Assembly: GCA_030704615.1 (NCBI GenBank)
Contig: CM060734.1
Location: forward strand, 62,868,001-62,932,000
Source: Takakia lepidozioides
Lineage: Eukaryota; Plantae; Bryophyta
Direction: 5' to 3'
DNA length: 64,000 nucleotides
The notes under the pieces were generated by a model, which searched no databases, was not told the DNA's origin, and was given only the letters and a program-made list of their open reading frames with translations. Positions within the stretch are counted from its first letter, which is position 1, and every line of letters begins with the position of its first letter. Of the stretch, positions 9,831 through 22,668 are shown piece after piece. The position numbers and the translations under genes were made by a program.

Positions 9831-12517
9831 CCCTGATTCTGAAGCATGCATACATTTTCTCCCCTGACCGCAAGTAGCTGGCAACAATAACCTACAAATG
9901 ACATAGAAAACGCCCTACCCGTGCCAACAGCACACTCGTGGCCGTGGTTGCTGTGCCAGTTGCCAAAAGGGAGAGAGTGTAGGCATTGATCGATGCACAG
10001 CGTCACCTCAAAGGATTAGTCCCCAGGACCTAATCAGCCCCAAGCCGTTGGAGATTTCAGGCACCAGACCTCGAATTTCCACACTGCTCGCACAACCAAC
10101 AACAATCCACGTTCAGGAAATTGAGTTCTGATTAATGGGCTGGCAGTGACCTCATACTAGAAAGCACGAGATACATTCCAGCACTGCCCTCCAGCCCTCT
10201 ATCTTGCAAGTGGCAAGTGGTCGTGTAGTCACAGGAATTGAGTGCCATTAATTGGATGGCACACTAGAAATGATGACCACAGCTCCACTAGCCCTGGCAA
10301 TAAGCCTGTGGTTCCAATGCCAGGAGAAACAGGGCCGCCAGGGGGAGAGGGGAAGAGATACAGTGCCTCATTAAATTGTGAGAATGTTTTCAAAGAATCG
10401 TATGCCTAATTCTGCTGTAATATCAACGGCATTCACCTTACGACCTCGATTGTCCGAGGACTGGGGTCTGCAAAACATTCGTTCCAAAGCTTCTCCAGGT
10501 TGGTAGTTGGGCTTTCTAGTGCATGTGTGGACTCCTTGTTGATACCCTTGTAGATAAACTTCGTGCTTCTGTACTTGGCTCCACTGCCCCACAAGTGACT
10601 GGAATCTGCTCAAGACAAATCTCATAGCAGTGCGTTGTGGAAACTGCAGCGAGGTCTCGTCCTGAGGGTATACCTCACTCCTTATTGAAGCAATCAGCGC
10701 GGGACCAGGCTTGCCGGTAGCGTGGCATGCGCACCCCGGAATCCCTGGAGACCAGAGCGAGGAGGCCATGCTGCATGCCCTTCCTGCTGCTCCTCCTTTT
10801 GCAGAGGCCAGTCCAAGTTGCTTCCACTCCGTAAACCCCACCGGATTGCTTGTATCTCTTCATCCAACCCCCCTCGCTATGTATCTTTGCTTTACTTTGC
10901 TGCTTCACTGCGGAGAGTGGTTGATGCGCATTTGGTAGACAAAATTTTGGGTACACAAAGTCTCTTTCTCTGGGCTACAAGCACGCTCTTCTTGTTTTAT
11001 CAATGTCACCATCAGTCTGACTGCGTTCTTTGGATATTTCCCAACTTTTCAGACCTTTAGACCTTCGGAATGGAGGTAAATTTGGAGTGATTGTTCATGC
11101 ATGTGGAAGTTGCAAGAGTAGCGCAGTGTGGATGTACCATCTGCCTACTCTCTTGTACAGACATACTTTGACAGCATTCTCATTTGTTTCAATCCAAAGC
11201 CCACACTTGTTCCTCACTCACACATCCTCGATTCAACCAACACTCCATCTCGCAGGAGAGCCGCCAAAGTAGTGTATAGTCCACTAGTCTTGCCCTCATC
11301 GAACCCAAATTGAACTTGGTTTTACTAGTTCCATTATGTGCGGGGCAAGGGCAGCTGATGAGGCCCTCCCGCTGTTTAAGAATGCATGAACAGGGCAGAA
11401 GCCCAAGTTCAGGCGTTCGAAAAGATGGAAGGCCCAAGTCAGCTGCCCTTCACCTGCATAAAAAACTTCCCTGCCGCCCTTCACCAGCCCCCCAAAGTCA
11501 TCATCTTCCTAGGTGTCTTAGGCCTGACATAAGGTATGTCCTCCTGTCAGGATTGAGAACTTCCGTCTGAGAAGGAAGGTAACGATTTTAACAAAGGAAA
11601 TTTCTAGGCAGCTATCTAGGCTTTCACAGAAGCCCCATTTATAATAAAAGATAGCAGTGTGGGGCACTTCAACTTCACTCCAGACCTTGGCCCCTCTTTG
11701 CTCGCGGTGAGATACATCCAGTTCAAGACCATTACACAAGGGAAAGATCCATGGGATTGGTAGAAAGCAAATGGTGTCGCAAGTCCTCAATGTATATGTT
11801 CATCATGGGAAAACTGAGAGACGAAGCTCTTGTGATCATTACTGCCATCAGTACCAACAAAACTGATCCTAGCAAGCAGACAAGCTAAGACCTTTACTTC
11901 CAAATTCTAAATAAATCAAAAGCTAAATGACCGAAAACGTCTGTCGTTGTAGATCGTGAAGAGAACAATAAAAACTTTGCTATAGCACAACATAGGCCCA
12001 TCTGCATTTCCACTAAAACCAAGCAGTACAACAAGTACTCTTCAACATTGCTCTCACTGTCAGTGCTGGCTTCATACAGAAAAGAATTAAACCTATTGCT
12101 GCATTTAACAAACCGAGGTGGGCAGCAAAAGGTGTACAAAGATTGATCTACCTATCCTGCTCTAAAACCTACTATATAATTGAGTGTCAAGTATTCACTT
12201 AAAACTACACCACATTCTCTCAATGAGATACTTCAGATACCTTGCTGGACATAGGACATCATCAGCAGCACAGTGCATGTGATCGGCATGGTCTTCATTT
12301 AGTACTTTTTAGTTACCTTTCACCCTTAGTTTCATATGGGAATACTGATACTGCATCCTCTTCTTCGACTCTTCTTGCTACTCAGGAATCGACACAACCT
12401 CTCATTCATATCCTTTGGTTTTCAGCCGGTACCTTACCTCAATCCTAGCTCTGATTATTAACATAAGTTTACCCTAATTAGTCAGAAGACAAACAGAATA
12501 AACACTATTAGTGAGTG

Positions 12518-14563
12518 TTATTGGGTCACGGCAATAGGAGCAATTGTCCTCTCATCTATCACAACACCAAAGCGCTCTTCACTATCAACCCGATTGATGG
12601 GAGGTAGAGACAATACACTGCGTGTAGAGCTCCCCTGTCGTATGTCCTGGATAGTTCGGAGCGCAGCAACTGTACTCCTGTAGATTGCCTCTACAGCTTC
12701 CCCTGGCATAGAAGATGGGTCCTGAGCTCTGTTGGAGGAGTCCGGATGGCAGCTAGTACCACTCCCACCCTGTTCGGACTCTGAGTAGATGGTCTCTTCC
12801 GGAGCAGAAACAGGGAACAGTGAATGCAAGTTCTTCTCACACTCCCGCACCAGCTTCGAGAGAAGCTCAGTGGTGAAGAAAGGCTGTAGCAACACACTTT
12901 GGATGAAGGGCAAGCGCAGCACAGCACCTGTGCGTTTGTCATGTTTCTTCAAAATCTTGACAAGCCCTGTACACACAAACCTTTTTAAGTGCTCGAGGAC
13001 CGGGCGGGAGGGGGGAAGAAGGTCACCCCATCACAGAAAGAAAATACAACAAATAACTGACTCCAATCACATTCCCTGCAACAAATGCCCCCGTGCTTTC
13101 CTATCTGTCTTCCCATCTGCCCATTTGCATGCAGATCAAACCCCCTCAGGGTTTACACAGGGTTAACACCTCAGAGGGAGATGTTAACCCTAAAGCAAAA
13201 GTCTAGTAGATGTCATGGACAATGTCCACAAGGACTCCAGCTTACTTGAACTTACCAGTGTAATTGAGGGAGCTGTAGTTTTCCAGCAGAACCATCTCAC
13301 CATGAAATGTAACAATATCTCTCAGAATTCTCAGCAATTCATCATTGGTAACGCTCTCTGGCCGGTAAGCGCCACTGGGGCCTCTCTTCTCCTTCACTGT
13401 CTCTATCCTGTCTTTCAATTCCTGCACATCAGACACAGACGGGCCATATAGTAACCACATGTGAGAAAGAACTAGCAACCAGCACTTGCAAGAGGCCTAC
13501 ACACTTCATAGCTATGCAAGAGCATAAGTTCCATTGATGGATCACATTAGTGCGGATCAATGAAAGACTCGCCCGCTGGGGCATAAAATCCCCTCCTATG
13601 CCCACACCTGGCAGTGGCTATGAACTTAATCACAAGTGGCTGAGACTTAGCTAGGTTGAGTTTGTACTGCCTGAGGCAGTTTCCTTAGGAGAGTTCTCTC
13701 CTGGGGGAGGACCCAGTTCTCCGAAAAGTAGACTTTCTTGGACGGGGTACAAGAAGACATACAAAACAGGACATCCTTCGAGGGTGGTCAGACCCAGCTG
13801 CACACTATTTAGAACAAAGCGAGGCAGCATTTTGGTATGACTTCACCCTGGTCGGCAAGTGTGCCAAAAACTAATGTCATAAGACAAGACACTAGACAGG
13901 ATTAGCCAAAGGCAAGAGTGCTACCTGTAGGCGGATAACATATTCCTCTTCCTTCTCAATGAAGAACTTGTTGAACTTGTTGAGCTCAATGTTGAGCAGC
14001 CTAATGAAATCCATCTCTGACGCTGTCAGTAACCTGCTCTCCCCTGCCCTGTCAAGCCGTCCTTCATTTCGTTTTCTTAGACCTTTCTGTGCACCAATTT
14101 CCATTCTACTGCCACTGCAATCAGGGTTGGTTTTTGGCAGCAAAACCACTCCATTTCCATCCTCGTTACCCGCAGAAGTTTCCCCTTCGAGATTCCTTGT
14201 TCCCTTTCCACTGCTTCCCTCTTCCCTGCGGACTACGGCCTGCTCTTCCCCAGCCAATTTCATCTTCTTAGCGCTCCCGCTCCCACCGTGTGCACACAGG
14301 GCTTCCCTCTGCATGGACTTTTCGACAGCGGCAGGCCCTCCTCCCTCACTACCCCTTCGGAGCTCCTGATCGACTGCATCCACCGCCGAGGGAGAGAACT
14401 GATCCGCAGGGCTGGGAGGGCCATCAAATGCAGCCTCTGTAAAACAATCCGGGGCCGCTATACGCTTCAACCTCTTTTTGAGCTGTTTGTATGACAGGAA
14501 CTTGTCTCTCCATTCTGGCAGGGTCTCATCTATCTGGCTCTGCAACCGCTTCCCGAACTTCAT
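12518..14563 (-). CDS. SPX: SPX domain-containing protein (SPX-only class, phosphate signalling); exons 14563-13925, 13421-13256, 12966-12518
   Basis: [44 protein letters not shown]|[24 protein letters not shown]|[32 protein letters not shown] introns keep the frame. Confidence 0.95.
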
Positions 14564-14992
14564 CTTCAACCTTGGATTGCCTACTATGTCACCAGCGGAG
14601 AGGTAAAGCGCGCAGACTGCCCTCCACAGACCGGCCAAGATATGCACCAAAGAGAGAAACACGACAGGCGCAAAAAGAAGCCGAATGCCTTTAAGTATGG
14701 AGCGGGCTTCTGCCTTACCCAAGCGAGCTGCCGTCCATCGCCGTGCACTGCATTGTAACTGCACACCCGCTCATCTCCATCGTACTGCATAGATTACTAA
14801 GTATGACATGCAGCTCATCTCTCCCTCCCGTCCTCGCCATGTCCGGCAAGCATTCCCCAGATTCCAAGGTTTGATCCCATGCGCACCTTTTTACTTTACC
14901 CTTACTATTACTGACTTATCCGGCGACCAAGAAGATACCGGCCCCTACCGGTCACCTTGGACGAGAAGGCAGGGAAGGAATCAAAGAATAAA

Positions 14993-15205
14993 GGATATAC
15001 CCTGCAGAAGGGGCGAGGGCCCAGGGGATCATCCTTGGAATTTGCGCATATGCCCCCTCCACCTGCACATGCCACGCGTGGCTTTCAATTCAATCTCCCC
15101 AATTATTCATCCACCGTACGTACCGACCTGGATGTAAAGCTGGCTAGTAACTATTGTAGCGTACTTGAAAGCCGCAGTAAATCCTGGAGCATCGACAGGA
15201 TATTC
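14993..15205. promoter_or_regulatory. Three P1BS (PHR1-binding, GNATATNC) elements
   Basis: GGATATAC 14993-15000, GCATATGC 15046-15053 and GGATATTC 15198-15205, 430-640 bp upstream of the SPX ATG. SPX genes are established PHR targets. Confidence 0.75.
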
Positions 15206-15949
15206 GGTTTGGTTCCTTGACAGGAATGGGACCGCTGACCCGCTGCTCTCTGGGACTGTTTTGCCAGATCATGTGCTTCGTCTGCCTACCCATCAATCAA
15301 TCGCTTTACAATTCATGCAAGAGAGCTGACAAGACAAGGTTAAGCTCAAGATCCCCAAACTGTACGAGGCTGAGAAGAGTATCACAACGTCATCTTATTG
15401 CGCTCCGAATTCTTCCTTGGACATTCCTAGATTCTTGGGGTCAAATTGGTGGTCAAGACTAAACACCAAGACTCTCTCCTTGGCAGCCACTAAGAGGAGT
15501 TGGCAGTACGGAGAAAAAGTCCGACTCTCGAGCTTCAGGACACCGCCGACTCTCTTTTCTGTTTGGACTCCCATATTATTAACGTGTCCCGGCTTCCTAG
15601 GGAGACACCAATACTGCATAGATTACTAGTAGCCGCGGCCCAGGCAGTGATCTCCCATGGTGAACATTCTGTGATCGTGCTTCTATTCAGAGTTTGCTCG
15701 ATTTAAGGTATGATGATAATTACCCCTAGAATTTGTTTATGATGTCAAATTGTAGCAGACAAATGCTTCGGGATACATCTTTGTAGACAGGTGTGCACTT
15801 ATCTTTGAAGGGTGTCGTAACTAAGCGGGCAGCCTTTCATCCTGTGTGTGTCCTCATTGTGGAGAGAACAAGTGCTTTGTCTTTGGGCCTGCACATGTAC
15901 AAGTTCACATGGCAAGAAGATATAACAGGTGTGTTGTAATGGCAGGAAT

Positions 15950-17929
15950 ATGGCAGCAGATGGTAGAAACAGGCAGCGTGTAGCAACATTCTGGGGAGTA
16001 GGGGCTGGCCTGCTTCTGGCAGTGGTTGCGTTCGCTGCCAGAGCGTGGCAACGGCAGTCAAGACCTGCCAAAGTGCCGGTCACTCTTCTGGCAGGATTTT
16101 TGGGTGCAGGCAAGGTAGGACTTAGAATTGAATGGACAAATTAGGTTGTGAGGATTGGCATTCTGATATATACCACATGCATGTCTGTCTCTCCACCCTG
16201 TTCCCTTTGTTGTAATATGAGACGCCCCACACAAGCCCAATAGCAAGTGTGCAATTGTGTACTTATTGAACTATGTGTGCATGCATGCTCTTAAAAAATG
16301 TATGTGCAGACTAATGAGAGGGTGGTGTGGGAAGTGGAGGGTACAGACAACACTTTTGGCACAGCTGCTGAAAACTGCCACTGGTCTCCGCATTGGAATT
16401 CTTGTGAATGATCTCGCTGAGGTTAAACTTTAATGCCCCACTCTTACTTGGTTCCTATTGTGAAAGGGCGACCTGAGAGAGATTCACATAGCATGTCAAA
16501 GCTAGACAAGGAAACACGAAGCACAATGTGCTTTGTTTTCCTCTTTTTAACGACATCATACAGCCTAATTTAGGCAACATCAAACTGTCTACCCAGATCT
16601 GTCTCCATAACTCCCTTTACATATCCTTGCTGGAAAACCAGTTTTTGGGTGTGCAAAGTGGCAATCAGATGCACACCAGGTAGGCCCTTCTAAGGAACAG
16701 ATCTGCCTCCTCACTTTCATATTATAGGAAGCGACAGTAGTAGTAGGCTGCCACAAAAGAAGGTGAAGTGGCATCAGCTGGATCCATCACAGCCAACCAA
16801 CCAACCAACAGGTTAGTGATCCCTGTCGACCCCCAGGCTTAAACCCCTTGACCTTTGTTATCAATGTCATCCCTGCAACAGGTTATACTAGCAAAGAGAG
16901 GAGAGGTCAGGGAGGTCCTTTCAGCCATTTCAGTCAACATAGGTACAGAACTCAGGAGCACCTATTTCAGCCCATGCTCCAGAGGGAGGGAGGGTGGTCT
17001 CATGTTAGTAAGCACCCATTCCCGAAGGGAAGGTGTCACTAGCACCAAGTACTCGAGCAAGGGGACACATAGAGGTCTTTGGTTTGCAAAAGTATTCATA
17101 GAATCAGAGTAGAGCTTAATTTAGTAAGCATGACAACAAGCACCTATTCCCAGAAGGAAGACCAAGTACTCAAGCAAGGACCCATAGAGAAGCCCTTGGT
17201 TTTGCACAAGTATTCCTAGATTCAGAGTAGAGCTTAGTCAAGTCCATGTAAGTTCCTCATTGTGTCAACTCTCTTTGTGTTGGCATACTAAGCAGCCCAT
17301 CACACTGTTGAAGTGGCCAAGCTTACCAACCATATAGGGCAGCAGCTTTAGGTTAAGACCTCCAGGGTGAACCCTAATGAGTCACCCTCATGAGTCCCCC
17401 TAGTGAGTCATCCCGTTATCCAATTTCCCGTTCCGTTCTAGACAAAAAAATCTGAACAGAATAACGGGATCAGGCAATTCTTGAATGCTGTCTATAAAGC
17501 TCCATGGTCGTCGCAAACACTGTCTAATTTCCTACGTGCTTTACCAACGATTTCCAGACAACTAACAAACTGACCTGTTTTGGCAGTACAATGCCGAAAC
17601 TGCTTGTCTTATGATCAGAAACGATCTGAAAAGAAAAGTGTACCAATATATGCATCTACAATATTGGACAGAATCTAGTAACGGATGTACTCATCGATGG
17701 AGGATCCGGAGTGAATATCATGACAGAGAGGATGAAGAAGTCACTAGGATTGGGGCACATGGAACCTGCTCCATTCACGGTACGAATGGCCGATCAATGA
17801 AAAGTGCAGCCATTGGGTATCATCAGACGACTTGCAATGGAAGTAGCGGGACTGGTACACGAAGTATCAGTAACCATTCTTAGATGGAGGATGTGGCAAA
17901 AGGATATTCGCTACTATTAGCAACATTCA

Positions 17930-17969
<40 letters not shown>

Positions 17970-20900
17970 CCTCAAGCCTCTCATTTTCAGGCCATAGACC
18001 CACACCTAGCTTGGGCAGAACAAAAGGGAACAGACACTACCTTTGTGAGGGGCTCATCCCAGTAGTTGGACTTACGGTGATATATTTGTTCTGGCTTTCC
18101 AGACTCCCTCTTGAAGCATTCACACAAGGATCAATCTGTTGTGTGTGATTTGCCCAGCAGGTAGATTAAAACAGGGCTGGCTTTAGCGACAGCCTCAAGA
18201 TTTTGAAAGTTGGTGAACAGAAGTACCAGGACTATGTTCCTGATTAAAAAGTAGATACAGACTGGAAACAAGTTTCGGAAAGTTTTAAACCTAACTTTGT
18301 TTTTCTCGGACATCCTTTTGCTGAGAGAGAGAGAGAGAGAATGCACCCATAAGACGTTGTTTGCCGTAGCCATGTGGCCATTGACCCCGCGCCCAGTTTG
18401 AGCGGAACTCAAAGGGACAGAAATTACCTTTGGCAGGGGCTGACGCTGGTAGTATGACTTATCTTGGAACAGGTAATTGATCCGAGTTTTCCAGATATCC
18501 TCTAGAATTCCCTTTACACAAGCATCAATCTGCTGTGTGTGATTTGCCCATAACTAGGCCCCAAAAGGGCCTGGGCTTTTGGCTCAGCCTCGAGATTTCA
18601 AAGTTGGTAAACAGAAGTACAGGAACATATCCCTTACCTCCTTCTTGTCCATAGACCTGAACCCTTTACATCTTGGTCTTGAGCAATTTGCAAAGATTTC
18701 AGGAGGAACAGGAGTGTGAACGGAAGCAATGGGGGTTGTGACATGTGCAGGTGAATGTGGATGCACAAGTTCTGCAAAAGAAGGGAGCAGGCTCTAGCAT
18801 GGTTGCCTTTGGCCAGCTTGAGAATGGTGAAGTTCAATTTCATTTTTATTAGCACATTTGGATGATTCTGCAGGAAAGTCTATGTGGCAAGGTCACACCA
18901 AGTACAGTAAGGTGCTTAGCTTTGCAGTAATGTGTTTGAAGTGTTGAGCTAATGTCAAGTACTTGGGAACAGGATGTATGTGTTGTAGTGCAGAGGAGGA
19001 TCTGATGAGGGCAGCAACACAGCTCCTTCAAGAGGGAGGGCAGCTGGACCATATGGTGTTTGAGTGCTCTGGTATGGCTCAGGTGTGCAATGGCTTTATG
19101 CTCTTACCAGTGTTGAATCAGTAAGATCTTCAATAGAGAGGTTTACACTGTGTTGTCTGTCAACTATGTTCCTTCTTATGAATTTGGTCTCCATTTTCTC
19201 TCCACTATGTCTGCTGACTTTGAGAAATGGTCCTAGGATCTTTGGAATATCTGAGATTGGTGACTTAGACTGATGAATAATCAGCATACCAGTGGCTCTA
19301 AACAATGTACCTAGCATGTTTTTAGTATGCGCAAAGTCAGCAAAACTTCATATTTGGCAGATTCTCTTGCGGATGTTCTAGAACCTGTCTACAGTGTACA
19401 GATACGAGACAGATCAGTAACAATCTAGGTATTGGTTACCTACGTGAAGATTTGTGTCTGAAAGCATTAGTGAAAAGCTCTGAGACACTAACCAGGGTTA
19501 AACTCTGGCGGATGGAAGCCTGGCAGCCTGCTGGAGTTGTTTGCCAGAGCAGAAGAGGAGGGCCATCCCTTTACAGAACATGCATTCCTTGACCAAGTGG
19601 TGAGAGCCCTGTGAAAATCACTTTCTACGCTTCTTAATGTTCAGCATTTTGTCACTTGGGTTGGGGTTGATTATGTGTCAAAGTGTGAATTCAGATTAGA
19701 ATGGCGGCTCAACACTGGTGTCCTAGTGTCTTCACCCCTTCTGAGACCCCCTCTACATCTGCTGGCCCTTTTGTACAAGTTTTGAGGATTGGCTGATTTA
19801 GTGCCTGTGGGTTTGCTTGCTAATTTTGCTGTGTCTTTTTCTTCTGAATCCGAAGGTGACGGTGGTAGATGCACGGACATTACTTAAATGGCTGGAGGTT
19901 GCAAATGGCAAAACACAAGTTGGTGTGGGGGAGGAGTTGGATTTTCTGGCAGAGCTACTGGTGGCGCAGGTCTCTCTCTCTCTCATCTTGCAGCTTCAAA
20001 TTCTTGGAGGCTGACAAGTAGAGTGTGGCAAGCTAGGAAATGCATTTTATCAATTCTGGTGAAAAAATCCTTCATGAGTATCAAGTTTGAGCTTTCTCAA
20101 GGATGGGGTTTTATCAGTCGGTGATTAAAATGGTTGGCTGTTTTGAAGGACACGTAGTTTGGCTGCGACCTGTCCCATAATCCTTAATGAACTTTATTGT
20201 GTCTGGGATTTTGCAGATAGAGTGTGCAAATGTAATAATTTTGAGCAAAGTGGATTGTGTGCTGCAATCACAACTTGCCAAGTGTCGTGCCGCAATCAGA
20301 GCACTCAACTCCAATGCACTGCTAGAGGTCAGTGTGAGGATGGTTTGCTGGGCGAACTTGCATTACCATCCTTCCTCCAATTTTGGTTTCTTGCTGGAGT
20401 CCCGAAAGGGTTGCTGGAGGCTTTTGAAATGGACGATGTATAGCACCTACATGTACAGGTTATTGAATGTTTGCTCTGCTCCTCTCTCACATCAAGTTTT
20501 TTTCCCCTTATATGTGAACTTCTTTGTGGGCTTCATCTTGTTCTTACAAGAGAATGGAGTTGTTTCACCCAGAAAGATTTTATGCATTGTGCAGTGTGCA
20601 ACATTTGGAGATGTCCCTCCATCAGTTCTCCTTGGGAAAATTTCATCACATCTGCGAGGAAGAAATTCTGTGCGTGGACGGATGCAAGGGAGGACACCCA
20701 CTTATCACAACGGTCATCAGCAGTATAATGATCAACCTGACCATGATGACCATGGCCATGGTGGCCATCACAATGAGTCACATGAGGAGCATGTGACTAG
20801 TTTTGTATATGAAGCTCGCCGCCCTTTTCACCCAAAGCGCCTGGCCGGCATGCTGCGGTCTCTCCGCATGCAGTGTCATGAAAACTTTGGAAAAGGTCCA

Positions 20901-22668
20901 GTGGGGATTGTATCTGCACCTACAGAGAGCATAGGTAGAGGATTATTGCGCTCTAAGGGACTAGTATGGCTGGCGACCAGTATGGACAAAGCCAGGTTTG
21001 ATATCTTGAATACAAAGCACATTTTTCTTAGCAGCACCTGCTATAGTTTCTTGCTTTAAGTGGGACCAGTCATGGCAGGCCAAGCATTCTCTTTTGTTCT
21101 TGATCTCACAGACATGAGTGTTGTTGGCCATTACTCTGGTTGATGAACGAGGCTTCGCTAGAATCCCAATAGCACATCAGTCAGTGTTGTGGTTTGTGTC
21201 CCCATCTCTTGCTGGCTTAGTCCTGAATTTGCAGTTGGCTTTACTTGTGCAGAGAGTGGGCACAAGTTGGAAGTGCCCTTCACATTCATGATGGCGAGCT
21301 TTGGCAGGCCACCACCCCTAAGGAGGTTCTAATCACACCATTGCTCATTCACTCCAGTTGTGACGTTAGGACTCTAGACCTTAATAAGCTGCACTTAGTG
21401 CTTGGTGGGTAGGAATCTTACAAAATGAAAAGTATCAATCAGTTTGAAGTAGAGATCCTTAGAGATGGCTAGGGCTGAATGGTGGCAGGAGTGGCCAGCA
21501 GGGGACACAGGAAGGAAAGTAGAGGACTGCAAGACTGGGTGCTATGGTGACAGGCGTCAAGAGGTGGGTCCCCCATCTTCGTGTCCTGCATATATGGCGT
21601 ATCTGACTCGTATAGTCTAAATAGTGGGCATAGGACAAATATGTATGTTCGAAAAAGCTCACCCTCAAACTCACGAATGTGGCTAGAATTCCTTACTGTC
21701 TTGTAGGCCAAGGTGCTAAAACTCATTACTTCCCACACATCCTACAAGTGGTCCCATCTAAGTGGAGTCATGACAACATCAACGAGTTCCTGGTACCTGG
21801 TCTCCCTCAGGAGAAGGCTTGTGGAATTTCTTAATTAATTGCCAGAGTCCTTTTCATGCATTGTGGTTGAATCAATGCTTTCGAAGGTGATATTTTCATT
21901 TGTCGCCAAGTTCTCCCTCAGTAGCATCTTTCATCCTCTTGTACTTATGGTTGATAGCATGTGCAGATTGTGTTTATTGGCACCGGGGAGATGCAAGAGA
22001 CTGTATTACGAGATGCGCTTAATACTTGCTTGTTGACGTTAGATGAGGTCAGCTTTCATCCAACCTTCCACCCCTCTGATAGGTTTTGTCATATGTTTTC
22101 TCCTGCTTTTGTGTGGGGAGGAGTGAACTGTTGCATTTGTTTCAACTTCTGGATCCTTGTCACCATGGATGTGAATTTCCGGTAACTTGGATACTCATGT
22201 CCATGGACCATGACTGCATTCCAGCTCTGAGGGTTGGTACAATCATACTCTGTGGAAACTTGAGTGCCTTCTAACCTATTGCTTTGTTGGGTGGCATGTC
22301 TTTTGGTAACTTACTCAGCATGTGCCCATTTCGTTCTTGGAGACTGCTTAGGTATTATTCAGTTGTATGCAGAAGATCTCAAATTTTGATACAACTACTG
22401 TGCAGGGGAAGGGTTTAGGGGATTGGATAATATTTCAAATTGGACTGGGGTGCTACCTGCTTTTATACAGATGAAAGGGGGACCAGATACATGGCGAGAG
22501 TTGCCTGATCCCATTGTCCTTACCGGCACCTCTTCTGCCCACATCAAGGGAAGGCAAGTCTCCTTGAACCTCCATACTTGTGACAATCATGTGAAATTTT
22601 TGTCTCATTCTTGGCAAATAAAGAATGGCGGGCATTGTCAGAACCTGATTCATTGTCATGGCCGATAA
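15950..22668 (+). CDS. COG0523/CobW (G3E) metal-chaperone GTPase with CobW_C domain; exons ~15950-16114, 16347-16421, 18751-18826, 18973-19071, 19496-19599, 19856-19969, 20217-20327, 20595-20995, 21253-21325, 21489-21563, 21967-22047, 22471-22668
   Basis: Spliced motifs PVTLLAGFLGAGK|TTLL, ILVNDLAE|VNVD, ENG|CMCC, LDHMVFECSG, LDQV|VTVVDA, Q|IECANVIILSKVD, a His-rich linker, RRPFHP, LRSKG, GDRRQE|IVFIG and LPDP. All joins are GT-AG and in frame. Confidence 0.9.
17003..17240. repeat. Two diverged tandem copies of a ~125-bp unit in CobW intron 2
   Basis: aagcacc.attccc...accaagtactc.agcaagg...aagtattc.taga.tcagagtagagctta occurs twice. Confidence 0.7.
17660..17920 (+). mobile_element. Ty3/gypsy aspartic protease remnant
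   Basis: IGQNLVTDVLIDGGSGVNIM...LGL..MEPAPFTVRMADQ*KVQPLGII, with an internal stop. Confidence 0.75.
17990..18630 (-). mobile_element. Two fragmentary 3' ends of the same non-LTR family as 8011-9095, next to (GA)n runs
   Basis: cataagacgttgtttgccgtagcc.tgtggccattgacccc at 18347 and caatctg.tgtgtgtgatttgccca at ~18132 and ~18526. Confidence 0.8.

Noticed and set aside
13892-14764. 290-aa ORF as the SPX N-terminus
   Set aside because: The SPX domain begins at MKFGKRL (14563). The ORF's upstream part starts at a non-ATG codon and its last codons run into the intron.
20187-21059. 290-aa ORF as a stand-alone gene
   Set aside because: It is CobW exons 7-8 read through an in-frame intron.
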